Source of the DNA: an uncultured Clostridia bacterium
Lineage (GTDB): Bacteria > Bacillota > Clostridia > Christensenellales > Borkfalkiaceae
NCBI GenBank assembly: GCA_934796775.1
Contig: CAKVPH010000008.1
Coordinates: 19,136-83,135, forward strand
Reading direction: 5' to 3'
Length of the DNA: 64,000 nt
The position numbers and the translations under genes were made by a program. The notes under the pieces are model-generated. The model ran no database searches. It saw only the letters and a list, made by a program, of their open reading frames with translations, and had not been told where the DNA came from. Below, in pieces: positions 37,598 through 45,480 of the stretch; the stretch's first letter is position 1; every line of letters begins with the position of its first letter.

Positions 37598-38149
37598 ATG
37601 ATTTTGACGGGGAAAGAAGATTTAAGAGTGCAAAAAACGGTGTCTGCCATTCGTGAAGCCTTTGAAGAATTGCTTTGCGAAAAAGACTATGATAAAATAA
37701 CCGTAACCGAACTTGCCGCAAGAGCGAGAATCAATAAAAAGACGTTTTACGCCTATTATAACGATTTAGACGACGTGCTTGCGGAAATGCAGGAAGAATT
37801 ATCCCGAAAATATATCGAGCGGACAAAAGGTTTGCGAAGATTGAAAGACGCGGCACAAATAACGCGTGAGTTTTTCACTTTTTCGGCAGAACAAGGCTTA
37901 GCTTACGAAAAAATCACCTACGGCGGAAGTTATACGCTCAATCACATTCGCGGGCAGATGATGAAAAAGGTGGCAAGCGAAGCCGTGCCGAACGCCGACG
38001 AAAAGGAACAAATGGCTTTAGCGTTTATGCGCGCCGCAACTCTTGAAATATATAAATTCTGGATAGACGGCGGGAAAAGTATTCCGCTCGAAGAAATTAT
38101 AAATATGACGATTTCTCTTATTTGCAAAGGCATCGACGGAACAATATAA
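37598..38149 (+). CDS. TetR/AcrR family transcriptional regulator
   Basis: HTH ITVTELAARARINKKTFYAYY; divergent from the redox operon; start trimmed to ATG 37598. Confidence 0.75.
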   Translation: MILTGKEDLRVQKTVSAIREAFEELLCEKDYDKITVTELAARARINKKTFYAYYNDLDDVLAEMQEELSRKYIERTKGLRRLKDAAQITREFFTFSAEQGLAYEKITYGGSYTLNHIRGQMMKKVASEAVPNADEKEQMALAFMRAATLEIYKFWIDGGKSIPLEEIINMTISLICKGIDGTI

Positions 38150-38173
38150 TTTATCCATATCTTTCTTTATAGC

Positions 38174-38207
38174 AAAAGGCTCACGGAAAACTCCGCGAGC
38201 CTTTTTG
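38174..38207 (+). terminator. rho-independent terminator
   Basis: GGCTCACGG/CCGCGAGCC stem with T5. Confidence 0.75.
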
Positions 38208-38293
38208 TCATCGTCTGAAAGCGCGATTCTAAATTTAATTTTAATAATTCCCTATGGGAACTGCGCTTTGCTGGGAGTTTTTTTCTTTTATTC

Positions 38294-38344
38294 AACTGTA
38301 CGCATTTTGAACGAACTGTACGCACTTTTTGAGGAGTGTACGCA
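38294..38344 (+). repeat. three iteron-like direct repeats with 20-21 bp period
   Basis: AACTGTACGCA (38294), AACTGTACGCA (38314), AGTGTACGCA (38335). Confidence 0.85.
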
Positions 38345-38372
38345 AATTGTATCAATATAGGTAATCACACAC

Positions 38373-38415
38373 AAAAAAATACATCGCACATTTTTGTGCG
38401 GTGCCTTTTTGGTGT
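38373..38415. terminator. bidirectional terminator (right copy of the repeated 43-nt module)
   Basis: CATCGCAC/GTGCGGTG stem flanked by A7 and T5; 38/43 identical to 31261-31303. Confidence 0.8.
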
Positions 38416-38455
38416 ATATGGCATTTTACAATGGTTTTATTAAGAGCCTTAAATA

Positions 38456-39085
38456 TTATATTGATTTTGTAAGTTCTTCGATATTTCCCGACTGAATAGC
38501 AGGTATATTGCGTTTGATTTTTTCTTCGTCCCACTCCCACCAACGCAAATTTTGTAATTTATTTATCGTTTGGTCGTCAAAACGTTTGCGTATTTGCTTA
38601 GCGGGAACGCCGCCTACTATAGTGTAAGGCGGAACGTCTTTGGTAACTACCGCGCGCGCGGCAATAATTGCTCCGTCGCCTATGGTTACGCCCGATAAAA
38701 TCACAGCTTCGTAACCTATCCATACGTCGTTACCGATTATTATATCGCCTTTGTTGTCCCAAGCGTTACTAATGTCTTTTGAGTCCAGATTCCATTCTTC
38801 AAAAAAAATAGGGAACGGATAAGTCGAAAGCGAATTTAAAGTGTGGTTTGCACTTGTAAACAAAAATTTTGCGCCGCACGCAATCGAGCAAAATTTACCT
38901 ATTTTCAATTTGTCGCCGTTTACGGGATAATGATATAATACGTTGTTTTTTTCAAACTCGCGCGGGTCGTTTACAAAGTCGTTGTAAATGGTAAAATCTC
39001 CTATCTCTACGTTTTTGCCCGTTATAACGTTTTTAAGGTAAACGGTCTGATTGTCGTGGCTTCTGGGGTAAACTATATCTTTCAT
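38456..39085 (-). CDS. vat: Vat-family streptogramin A O-acetyltransferase (hexapeptide xenobiotic acyltransferase)
   Basis: [66 protein letters not shown] and RWWEW closely parallel Vat proteins; start trimmed to ATG 39085. Confidence 0.8.
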   Translation of the reverse strand: MKDIVYPRSHDNQTVYLKNVITGKNVEIGDFTIYNDFVNDPREFEKNNVLYHYPVNGDKLKIGKFCSIACGAKFLFTSANHTLNSLSTYPFPIFFEEWNLDSKDISNAWDNKGDIIIGNDVWIGYEAVILSGVTIGDGAIIAARAVVTKDVPPYTIVGGVPAKQIRKRFDDQTINKLQNLRWWEWDEEKIKRNIPAIQSGNIEELTKSI

Positions 39086-39089
39086 AAAA

Positions 39090-39725
39090 TCACTCCGCAA
39101 ATAATTGTCCTTCAAGGCGAAGTTTTTCCTTTTTGGTAAAAGTTGCGTCATATTCGTTAAACGCGTCGGCATTTTTTTCGCAAACAAAATATCCTTCGGG
39201 ATCTTTATAAGTTCCGCTTATTCCGTCCAAAAAGCCGTTTTTCAGGTCCTTAACAAGAAAGTATTCGGCAGAAGGATCGTCGGCATATCTTATGCCTTTT
39301 GTAAGTGCGGGAACAAAACCCGACTTTCCGTAAAAATCAATGTTTCCCGTAATAAACAGCGCGCCTGCGCCTGCCTCTTTTGCTTGTTCCATAGAGTAGT
39401 CGAGCAGTATTTTCCCGTAGCCTTTGCGCTTGAATGCAGGGGCAATGGAGATAGGCCCGAACGTCATAGCGGGAAGTTTTGTTCCGTCGTCGCAATCTAT
39501 TTTCGAACGAACGTAAATAACTTGTCCTATCATTTCGCCGTTTAACTCCATTACGAAATCGAGTTCTTTAACGAACGCGGGATCGTTGCGGAAACAATGC
39601 AGAACGTAGTGTTCCTGCGCGCCCGGGCGATACACGTTCCAGAACGCTTCTCTCGTTAAATTTTCGGTAGTTCTAAAATCTTTTGGTTCTTCCGTGCGTA
39701 TTAAAAGTTGTTCTTTATTTGTCAT
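39090..39725 (-). CDS. GNAT family N-acetyltransferase
   Basis: Acetyl-CoA loop [11 protein letters not shown]. Confidence 0.7.
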   Translation of the reverse strand: MTNKEQLLIRTEEPKDFRTTENLTREAFWNVYRPGAQEHYVLHCFRNDPAFVKELDFVMELNGEMIGQVIYVRSKIDCDDGTKLPAMTFGPISIAPAFKRKGYGKILLDYSMEQAKEAGAGALFITGNIDFYGKSGFVPALTKGIRYADDPSAEYFLVKDLKNGFLDGISGTYKDPEGYFVCEKNADAFNEYDATFTKKEKLRLEGQLFAE

Positions 39726-40368
39726 TTTCTGATTCTCCGGTATTTGTATTCGAATTGTTTAAGTAAAGGTGTATGCCGAGGGCGGCATTAAAACCCGTCG
39801 CCGCAAAAACGCTGAAACGTTCAACAACGCCAAAGTAGCTTGCGGGAACGATTTTCATTCCGAGCGCGCCCACAAGCATCATCGCAAGTGCAACCGCGGC
39901 GCAGATTGCGTAAGAGCGGCTTGTTTTATCTTTTGCTCCGGCAATTATAATCGTCGTCAGCGACGCGATGGATAAAAGTACGACTATAACGGTAACGACC
40001 ATATGCATAATATCCTGAAACGTTCCCGCATAGCCGCTGTCGGAAAGCGGAAACGCTCTGTACCCAACTGCCGAAATCCATTCCATTAAAGCAAAAGCAT
40101 ATACGCCCGTTTTTAGCAATTTGTTTTTGTTGCTTTGTATTCCTATGCATACCACCGTAACGCAAACTACTTCGCACGCATTATAAAGCGCGCTTAGTTG
40201 GTTCCATAATGCAAGAGAGGGTGCGTTCGCCGCGCTCAGGTCGCTTACCGCCTGGGCCAGTCGGTTATATCCGGGATAGGCAAGCGGCGAAAATATAACC
40301 GCCGCCGCGTACGAGAGAAAACTGACTATTCCGAGTAGTCCTAATTTTTGTATCAATGTTTTTTTCAT
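39715..40368 (-). CDS. DUF998-like membrane protein
   Basis: Six to seven TM helices; N-terminal LSYAAAVIFSPLAYPGYN..AQAVSDLSA pattern. Confidence 0.55.
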   Translation of the reverse strand: MKKTLIQKLGLLGIVSFLSYAAAVIFSPLAYPGYNRLAQAVSDLSAANAPSLALWNQLSALYNACEVVCVTVVCIGIQSNKNKLLKTGVYAFALMEWISAVGYRAFPLSDSGYAGTFQDIMHMVVTVIVVLLSIASLTTIIIAGAKDKTSRSYAICAAVALAMMLVGALGMKIVPASYFGVVERFSVFAATGFNAALGIHLYLNNSNTNTGESENDK

Positions 40369-41003
40369 TTGCTTTTGCCTTCCGCAATATTAAACGTGTT
40401 AAAAAACAGTCTGACGTGCGCGTCAAGTTTTTCAAGACATTCGTTTTCTCTTTCGGGGTGTCTGTCGCATACGCCCAAAAGAGTGATGATCGGCGCAACG
40501 TATAAAAGTGCGAGCGTATCCGGGTTTTCGTCTTTTATTATTCCAAACCCTATAAGATTTCGAAAAATCTCCGCGTGATAATCAATCATACGGGTAATAT
40601 AACGCTCAGTATACAAATTTGCAAGCTCGGTAGAGCGAAATTGTTCTATGGTCATCATTTTTCTGAACCTGCAAATAGTCTGGTCGTGCAAAGAATAACA
40701 AAAAATCTGTTTTACTTTTTCTGAAAGGGCTTTTTCCGATATATTTTCAAAAATGTGAACGTCTTTTTTCACGTCCTGAACGTGAATACTTATTTTATCG
40801 GTGTCGCTTTCATAACGCTTTGCAACGTATTCGACTATCGCGTTAAAAATCTCTTGCTTACTTTTAAAATGGTTATAAAGCGACGGGGCTTTTATTCCCA
40901 CAGCCTCCGCAATTTCGCCAACGCCTACCGAATCGTACCCGTTTTTTGAAAACAGATCCAGTGCGGTATCAATAATCTTTTGCTTTGTGTTCTCTATCTT
41001 CAT
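40365..41003 (-). CDS. TetR/AcrR family transcriptional regulator
   Basis: HTH GYDSVGVGEIAEAVGIKAPSLYNHF; start trimmed to ATG 41003. Confidence 0.8.
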   Translation of the reverse strand: MKIENTKQKIIDTALDLFSKNGYDSVGVGEIAEAVGIKAPSLYNHFKSKQEIFNAIVEYVAKRYESDTDKISIHVQDVKKDVHIFENISEKALSEKVKQIFCYSLHDQTICRFRKMMTIEQFRSTELANLYTERYITRMIDYHAEIFRNLIGFGIIKDENPDTLALLYVAPIITLLGVCDRHPERENECLEKLDAHVRLFFNTFNIAEGKSK

Positions 41004-41016
41004 ACAACCTCTACTA

Positions 41017-41032
41017 ACTAACATTCGTTAGT
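41017..41032. promoter_or_regulatory. candidate TetR operator
   Basis: ACTAAC-ATTC-GTTAGT perfect palindrome, 14 nt upstream of the tetR start. Confidence 0.5.
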
Positions 41033-41175
41033 ATGATTATATGCGCTATTATTTTTTTTGTCAACGTATTTTTGCGGCGTTTGAAAATAAATGCAATATT
41101 TTTTTTGTTTAATGTTTTAAAGTGGCTTAATATTAAATTTTAAGGCATACGAAATTTTTTTTAAAAAATTCAAAG

Positions 41176-41204
41176 TTGACTTTTTATTATTAAAATGATA
41201 TAAT
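41176..41204 (+). promoter_or_regulatory. sigma-A promoter of galK
   Basis: TTGACT, 17 nt, TGA-TATAAT extended -10. Confidence 0.7.
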
Positions 41205-41284
41205 GAGTCAGTCGTTTGTAATTTTTTATAAGCGGCTGATATTTAAAAATAAACTGTCGGCAGTAGCCGGTTGAAGGTCTGATT

Positions 41285-42397
41285 ATGAACTACGATTATA
41301 AAGTTGCCGCATCGGGCAGGGTAAATATTATAGGCGAGCATATCGATTATTGCGGCGGAAAGGTTTTCCCCGCGGCGTTATCGCTTAAAAATTACGTTTA
41401 CGTTAAACCTAACGGCACAAATAAAATAAACCTTGAATGGACTACTACCGATTTTAAAGTGTCGCTTGATATAAACGAGCTTGAAAAATACGCCGACTTA
41501 AAATACGGTAATTATCAGGCGGGTTGTGCGCTTATCCGGAAAAACGCAGGGCATAAACTTCTTGGCTGCGATATGTTGCAGGATTGCCGCGTTCCGTTTG
41601 GCAGCGGACTTTCCTCAAGTGCCGCAATAGAAGTTTCCACGCTCGCCGCACTTGCAACCATTGCAGATGAAAAAATCGATAAAAAAGAGATTGCATTGCT
41701 TGCTCAAAAGGCTGAAAGGGAATACGCAAAAGTAAATTGCGGTATAATGGATCAATACGCTTCTGCAAACGGGCTTAAAAATCACGCAATGCTGCTCGAC
41801 TGCAAAAAGATCGAGCATGAGTTTGTTCCGTTTGACTTAAAAGATTATACGCTCGTTATTACAAATTGTAATAAACCGCATAATCTTGTGGAAAGTAAAT
41901 ATAACGAAAGGCGTAGTGAAACGGAAGAAGCTTTAAAAGTATTCAAAACTGTTTCAAACGTAGAATGCCTTGCCGAAGTTACTCCGCAAATCTTTAAAAA
42001 ATACAAAAATTTGTTGCAAGGTAAAATTAAGGATAGAGCCGAACACGTCGTTTATGAATGCGAACGGGTAGATAACGCAGTAAAAGCTTTAAAAAACGGC
42101 GATATTTTGTCGCTTGGCAATATTTTAAACGAATCGCACGAATCGCTTAAAAACAAGTACGAAGTAACCGGCAGAGAGCTGGACGTTTTAGCAGAAACGG
42201 CGCAAAGTTTTCCCGCCTGCGTCGGCAGCAGAATGACGGGCGGCGGCTTTGGCGGCTGCACGATTTCAATCGTTAAAAAAGATGGTGTGGAAGAATTTAA
42301 AAAATACGTAGGCGAAAATTACGAACGCAAAATCGGCTACAAAGCTTCTTTTTACGAAAGTTTAATCGACGACGGAATTACGATAGAAAAATTATAA
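41285..42397 (+). CDS. galK: galactokinase
   Basis: GRVNIIGEHIDYCGG galactokinase signature; GHMP motif PFGSGLSSSAA. Confidence 0.85.
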   Translation: MNYDYKVAASGRVNIIGEHIDYCGGKVFPAALSLKNYVYVKPNGTNKINLEWTTTDFKVSLDINELEKYADLKYGNYQAGCALIRKNAGHKLLGCDMLQDCRVPFGSGLSSSAAIEVSTLAALATIADEKIDKKEIALLAQKAEREYAKVNCGIMDQYASANGLKNHAMLLDCKKIEHEFVPFDLKDYTLVITNCNKPHNLVESKYNERRSETEEALKVFKTVSNVECLAEVTPQIFKKYKNLLQGKIKDRAEHVVYECERVDNAVKALKNGDILSLGNILNESHESLKNKYEVTGRELDVLAETAQSFPACVGSRMTGGGFGGCTISIVKKDGVEEFKKYVGENYERKIGYKASFYESLIDDGITIEKL

Positions 42398-42400
42398 AAT

Positions 42401-42442
42401 AAAAAAACAGGAGCAAAAAATAAAACTTGCCCCTGTTTTTTT
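42401..42442 (+). terminator. rho-independent terminator of galK
   Basis: CAGGAGC/GCCCCTG stem with T7. Confidence 0.6.
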
Positions 42443-42462
42443 GTGTTCTCCGCCATAAAGAA

Positions 42463-42498
42463 AAATATGCGATAATCAACTTATAGGCGGACTTTTTT
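42463..42498 (+). repeat. dispersed 30-35 nt motif, copy c
   Basis: AAATATGCGATAATCAACTTATAGGCGGACTTTTTT, downstream of the galK terminator. Confidence 0.85.
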
Positions 42499-42509
42499 AG
42501 TTTTTTGTT

Positions 42510-43052
42510 TTATTCTGGCGTTTTGTTTTTATTTTTTTGAGCTTTTAACTTTTCGTAAGCCTTAATAAAAACAGAACAAATAAAATCAACGTCTTTTGAA
42601 GATGCGCCTTCTTTAAGGTTCGATTTAATCAGATCGCTTATGCGTATTGTTTTTAATTCGCCCGAATAAGCCTTTGATTTAAAGTCGTTTAAAATTGATT
42701 GAGTAACTACCGAAACGTTATCGTCTTTTACCACGTTTTTCAAAAGACTTTTCATAAGTTCTTTAAGTTCTTCTTCGCTTGTGGATGAAAAGCCTCCCGC
42801 AAACGCATATAGAACGGTAGCAAGTCCGCCCGCGGTAAAACTTTTTGAAACTGTTTCGTTAAATGGCAGTTTGCCCATAGCCGCCAAAACGCAGTAAACG
42901 GCAAACGACAGGCAAAACGGTAGCAACTGATTGAGTTTTTCCGGCGGCGAAAATTTCTTTTTTATTATGTACAAAATAAAAAATACGCTTATTGCCGTAG
43001 CTACGCAATCAACGCTGTATTTTGAAAGTAGTGTTATTATCTCTATTTGCAT
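42510..43052 (-). CDS. membrane protein of unknown function
   Basis: 180 aa, four TM helices then a charged C-terminal domain; AAGGAG RBS lies within a palindrome. Confidence 0.5.
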   Translation of the reverse strand: MQIEIITLLSKYSVDCVATAISVFFILYIIKKKFSPPEKLNQLLPFCLSFAVYCVLAAMGKLPFNETVSKSFTAGGLATVLYAFAGGFSSTSEEELKELMKSLLKNVVKDDNVSVVTQSILNDFKSKAYSGELKTIRISDLIKSNLKEGASSKDVDFICSVFIKAYEKLKAQKNKNKTPE

Positions 43053-43173
43053 TGTTATCTTTCTCCTTAAAGGAGAAAAAAGTATTTAAAAAAGCTTGTT
43101 TATCGTCGTTTGTGGGTAATTCTTTTCGGTTACGGGGAAACCTGAAAACTAAATTGTAAAAAGCCTTTTTCAT
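43009..43173 (-). CDS. possible small ORF (54 aa, below the ORF-track cutoff)
   Basis: ATG 43173 is 6 nt after AAGGGAGA; reads through the RBS hairpin of the downstream gene and overlaps it by 44 nt. Confidence 0.25.
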   Translation of the reverse strand: MKKAFYNLVFRFPRNRKELPTNDDKQAFLNTFFSFKEKDNNANRDNNTTFKIQR

Positions 43174-43338
43174 CTTAGTTCTCCCTTTTATAAAAACGCA
43201 AAATCATTATATCGCAAAGATAAAAACAATAAAGACTTTTATGACAGAAACTAAAGTAAATTCATTATAAAATGTTGAAATTAGTTTGTAAAATATGATA
43301 TAATAAATATATTATAAAACCGTTTAATGAAGGTAAAT

Positions 43339-43884
43339 ATGATTGAGACTAAAAGGCTTATTTTAAGAAAGTGGAAGGATTCGGATGCTCAAAGTCTGTT
43401 TGAATATGCGAAAGATCCCGATGTAGGACCTATTGCCGGCTGGCCGCCGCACAAAAGCGTGCAAGAAAGTTCGGAAGTTATCAAAAACGTATTTAATAAG
43501 CAGGAATGCTATGCAATATGTGAAAAGGGAAGCGATAAAGCTATAGGCACGGTATCTTTAAAACTGAAAGGCGAAACGGATATGACCGATAAAGCCGACG
43601 AATGCGAACTCGGTTACTGGCTGGGAAAGCCGTTCTGGGGCAGAGGATATATGCCGGAAGCGGCAAACAGGCTTATGCAAAGAGGTTTTGAAGAACTTGG
43701 TATGCAAAAAATCTGGTGCGGGTATTATGAAGGCAATTTAAAATCAAAAAGAGTGCAGGAAAAGCTCGGTTTTGTATTTAAATATAAATCGTCTGTTTCT
43801 GTTCCTTTAATGCACGAAACAAGAACATGTTACACTAACGTAATTACAAAATCCGAGTGGAAAGAGAAAAATAAACTGATATAA
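43339..43884 (+). CDS. GNAT family N-acetyltransferase (RimJ/RimL-like)
   Basis: IETKRLILRKW N-terminus; WGRGYMPEA acetyl-CoA loop. Confidence 0.75.
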   Translation: MIETKRLILRKWKDSDAQSLFEYAKDPDVGPIAGWPPHKSVQESSEVIKNVFNKQECYAICEKGSDKAIGTVSLKLKGETDMTDKADECELGYWLGKPFWGRGYMPEAANRLMQRGFEELGMQKIWCGYYEGNLKSKRVQEKLGFVFKYKSSVSVPLMHETRTCYTNVITKSEWKEKNKLI

Positions 43885-43898
43885 GTAAAGCAAATAAT

Positions 43899-43933
43899 AA
43901 AGGCTGTCCTGCGTTTTGCAGGGCAGCCTTTTG
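43899..43933 (+). terminator. rho-independent terminator
   Basis: 13-bp stem AAGGCTGTCCTGC/GCAGGGCAGCCTT with T4. Confidence 0.8.
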
Positions 43934-43987
43934 ATATTTTATCAAAGTTTGAAAATTTTTCACAAACTCATATTAAACTTATTAAGT

Positions 43988-44026
43988 GCAAAAGTCGCGC
44001 TATAAGTCGATTATCGCCACTTTTTT
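43988..44026 (-). repeat. dispersed 30-35 nt motif, copy d
   Basis: Reverse complement reads AAAAAAGTGGCGATAATCGACTTATAGCGCGACTTTTGC; co-oriented with the upstream esterase gene. Confidence 0.85.
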
Positions 44027-44285
44027 CGGCGTGTTGAATGTGCCGGTTATTGCGGCAGGCGGGTTCAAACGTAATGTTTGCCATAAAAACTGTTTTTTTA
44101 GGATCTGTCAGTGGGTTTAAATAAGAATTACCTATAAAATTTTGCATATGCAGTGTTTGGTTCACATAAGCCAAAAGCACGGCCATGGTTGTTTTTTTTT
44201 GACAAGCATTCATTTTTCCTCTTGCATAATAAAACTTCTTTATATATGTTTTAAGCTTTTAAAAAAATCGATCTTGTTCTTAATA

Positions 44286-45179
44286 CTATTTTGTAAACGC
44301 TTTTTTTAAAAAATCAATTCGTTTTTCAATCGAACTTTTAACTATTTCCGCATTAAAGTTTATATCGTAACCGTGAAAAGTTCCTTTATTGTCAATAAGA
44401 ACTGCGTTTTTGCACTGAGGCGAAAGCGAATTAAATAGCGCAATGCCTTCGTCGTGCAGGCAGTCGTATTGCTCGGTTTCAATAAATAAATTGCAAAGCT
44501 CAGGTTTGTTTTTACGGTCTATCGGACTTGTAAATTCAGCTCCGTTTAAATACCATTTCCACATTTTTTTATTGCAAGCGGGATTCCATAACGGAACGTT
44601 TTTGTATTTAAGCATCGATTCTCTGTCTTTTCCGTCAACAACGGGATAGATAAGCATCAGTGCGACGGGCTTTATTTTGTCATTGCCGTTAAGATTAAAT
44701 GCGAGTTCGGTGGCAAGCAGTGCGCCTGCGCTGTCGCCGCCTATTGCTATTTTTGTAACGTCAATATTAAACTCGTCTGAATGTTCCGTAACGTAATTAT
44801 AAACCTCCGTTACGCATTTTATAGCTGCCGGGTAAACGTTTTTTGGCAAAAGCGGATAATCTATGCCAAAAACCAAACAATTTGATTTATCTGCGTATTC
44901 TTGCTCGCATTTATACTGAACAAAGCTTTCTTTATATCCGAATCCACCGCCGTGTATATAAATAAGGCAGGGCAGACGTTCGTTTATATTCTCTTTTGCT
45001 ACGGGCGTAATCGAGTGAACGTTGAACCCGTTTATGTGATTTTTTTTATAAACTACGCGTTTTTTATCTAATCCTTTTGGCAAAGTCTTTATAATTGCAT
45101 TAGCAAAAGGCAACAAGCTTTTTATAAAAAACGGTTTTGCTTTTATTATTAGTTGTTTGTCGTAGATATATTTACTCAT
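44286..45179 (-). CDS. alpha/beta hydrolase, hormone-sensitive-lipase-family esterase
   Basis: HGGGF oxyanion motif and GDSAG nucleophile elbow; start trimmed to ATG 45179 because the longer ORF runs through tRNA-Ala. Confidence 0.8.
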   Translation of the reverse strand: MSKYIYDKQLIIKAKPFFIKSLLPFANAIIKTLPKGLDKKRVVYKKNHINGFNVHSITPVAKENINERLPCLIYIHGGGFGYKESFVQYKCEQEYADKSNCLVFGIDYPLLPKNVYPAAIKCVTEVYNYVTEHSDEFNIDVTKIAIGGDSAGALLATELAFNLNGNDKIKPVALMLIYPVVDGKDRESMLKYKNVPLWNPACNKKMWKWYLNGAEFTSPIDRKNKPELCNLFIETEQYDCLHDEGIALFNSLSPQCKNAVLIDNKGTFHGYDINFNAEIVKSSIEKRIDFLKKAFTK

Positions 45180-45189
45180 AGCTAAAATA

Positions 45190-45228
45190 TAAAAAAAAGT
45201 TCCCGATAACATGCGATACGGGAACTTT
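45190..45228 (-). terminator. tRNA-Ala terminator
   Basis: AAGTTCCCG/CGGGAACTT stem followed by T8 on the minus strand. Confidence 0.8.
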
Positions 45229-45230
45229 AA

Positions 45231-45306
<76 letters not shown>

Positions 45307-45325
45307 ACGGCATTTTAATAAAATT

Positions 45326-45354
45326 ATTTTAGCATAATTTTTATGTTTTTTCAA
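45326..45354 (-). promoter_or_regulatory. sigma-A promoter of tRNA-Ala
   Basis: Minus strand TTGAAA, 17 nt, TAAAAT, about 20 nt upstream of the tRNA. Confidence 0.6.
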
Positions 45355-45399
45355 CTGTTTCATAATACATAATACAAATTTTTTCATCTTTTATTTCAT

Positions 45400-45428
45400 T
45401 TGACTGAAAACGCGCTTTATGGTAAAAT
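45400..45428 (+). promoter_or_regulatory. sigma-A promoter of the M32 carboxypeptidase gene
   Basis: TTGACT, 17 nt, TAAAAT. Confidence 0.6.
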
Positions 45429-45444
45429 AAATTACGTAATTTAT
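45427..45444. promoter_or_regulatory. 18-bp perfect palindrome overlapping the -10 and start-site region
   Basis: ATAAATTACGTAATTTAT. Confidence 0.6.
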
Positions 45445-45480
45445 CACGATGCGGGTTTCGCATTTGTACGGGAGGATATA

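Noticed and set aside
31262-38415. Prophage or integrative element at tRNA-Pro
   Set aside because: No integrase, excisionase, replication or structural genes are present. Only att-like scars and flanking repeats were seen, so I report it as an island of uncertain origin rather than a mobile element.
43968-44213. 81-aa ORF on the minus strand
   Set aside because: It has no RBS, and its C-terminus is simply the translation of dispersed-motif copy d. It is most likely non-coding 3-prime region of the esterase gene.
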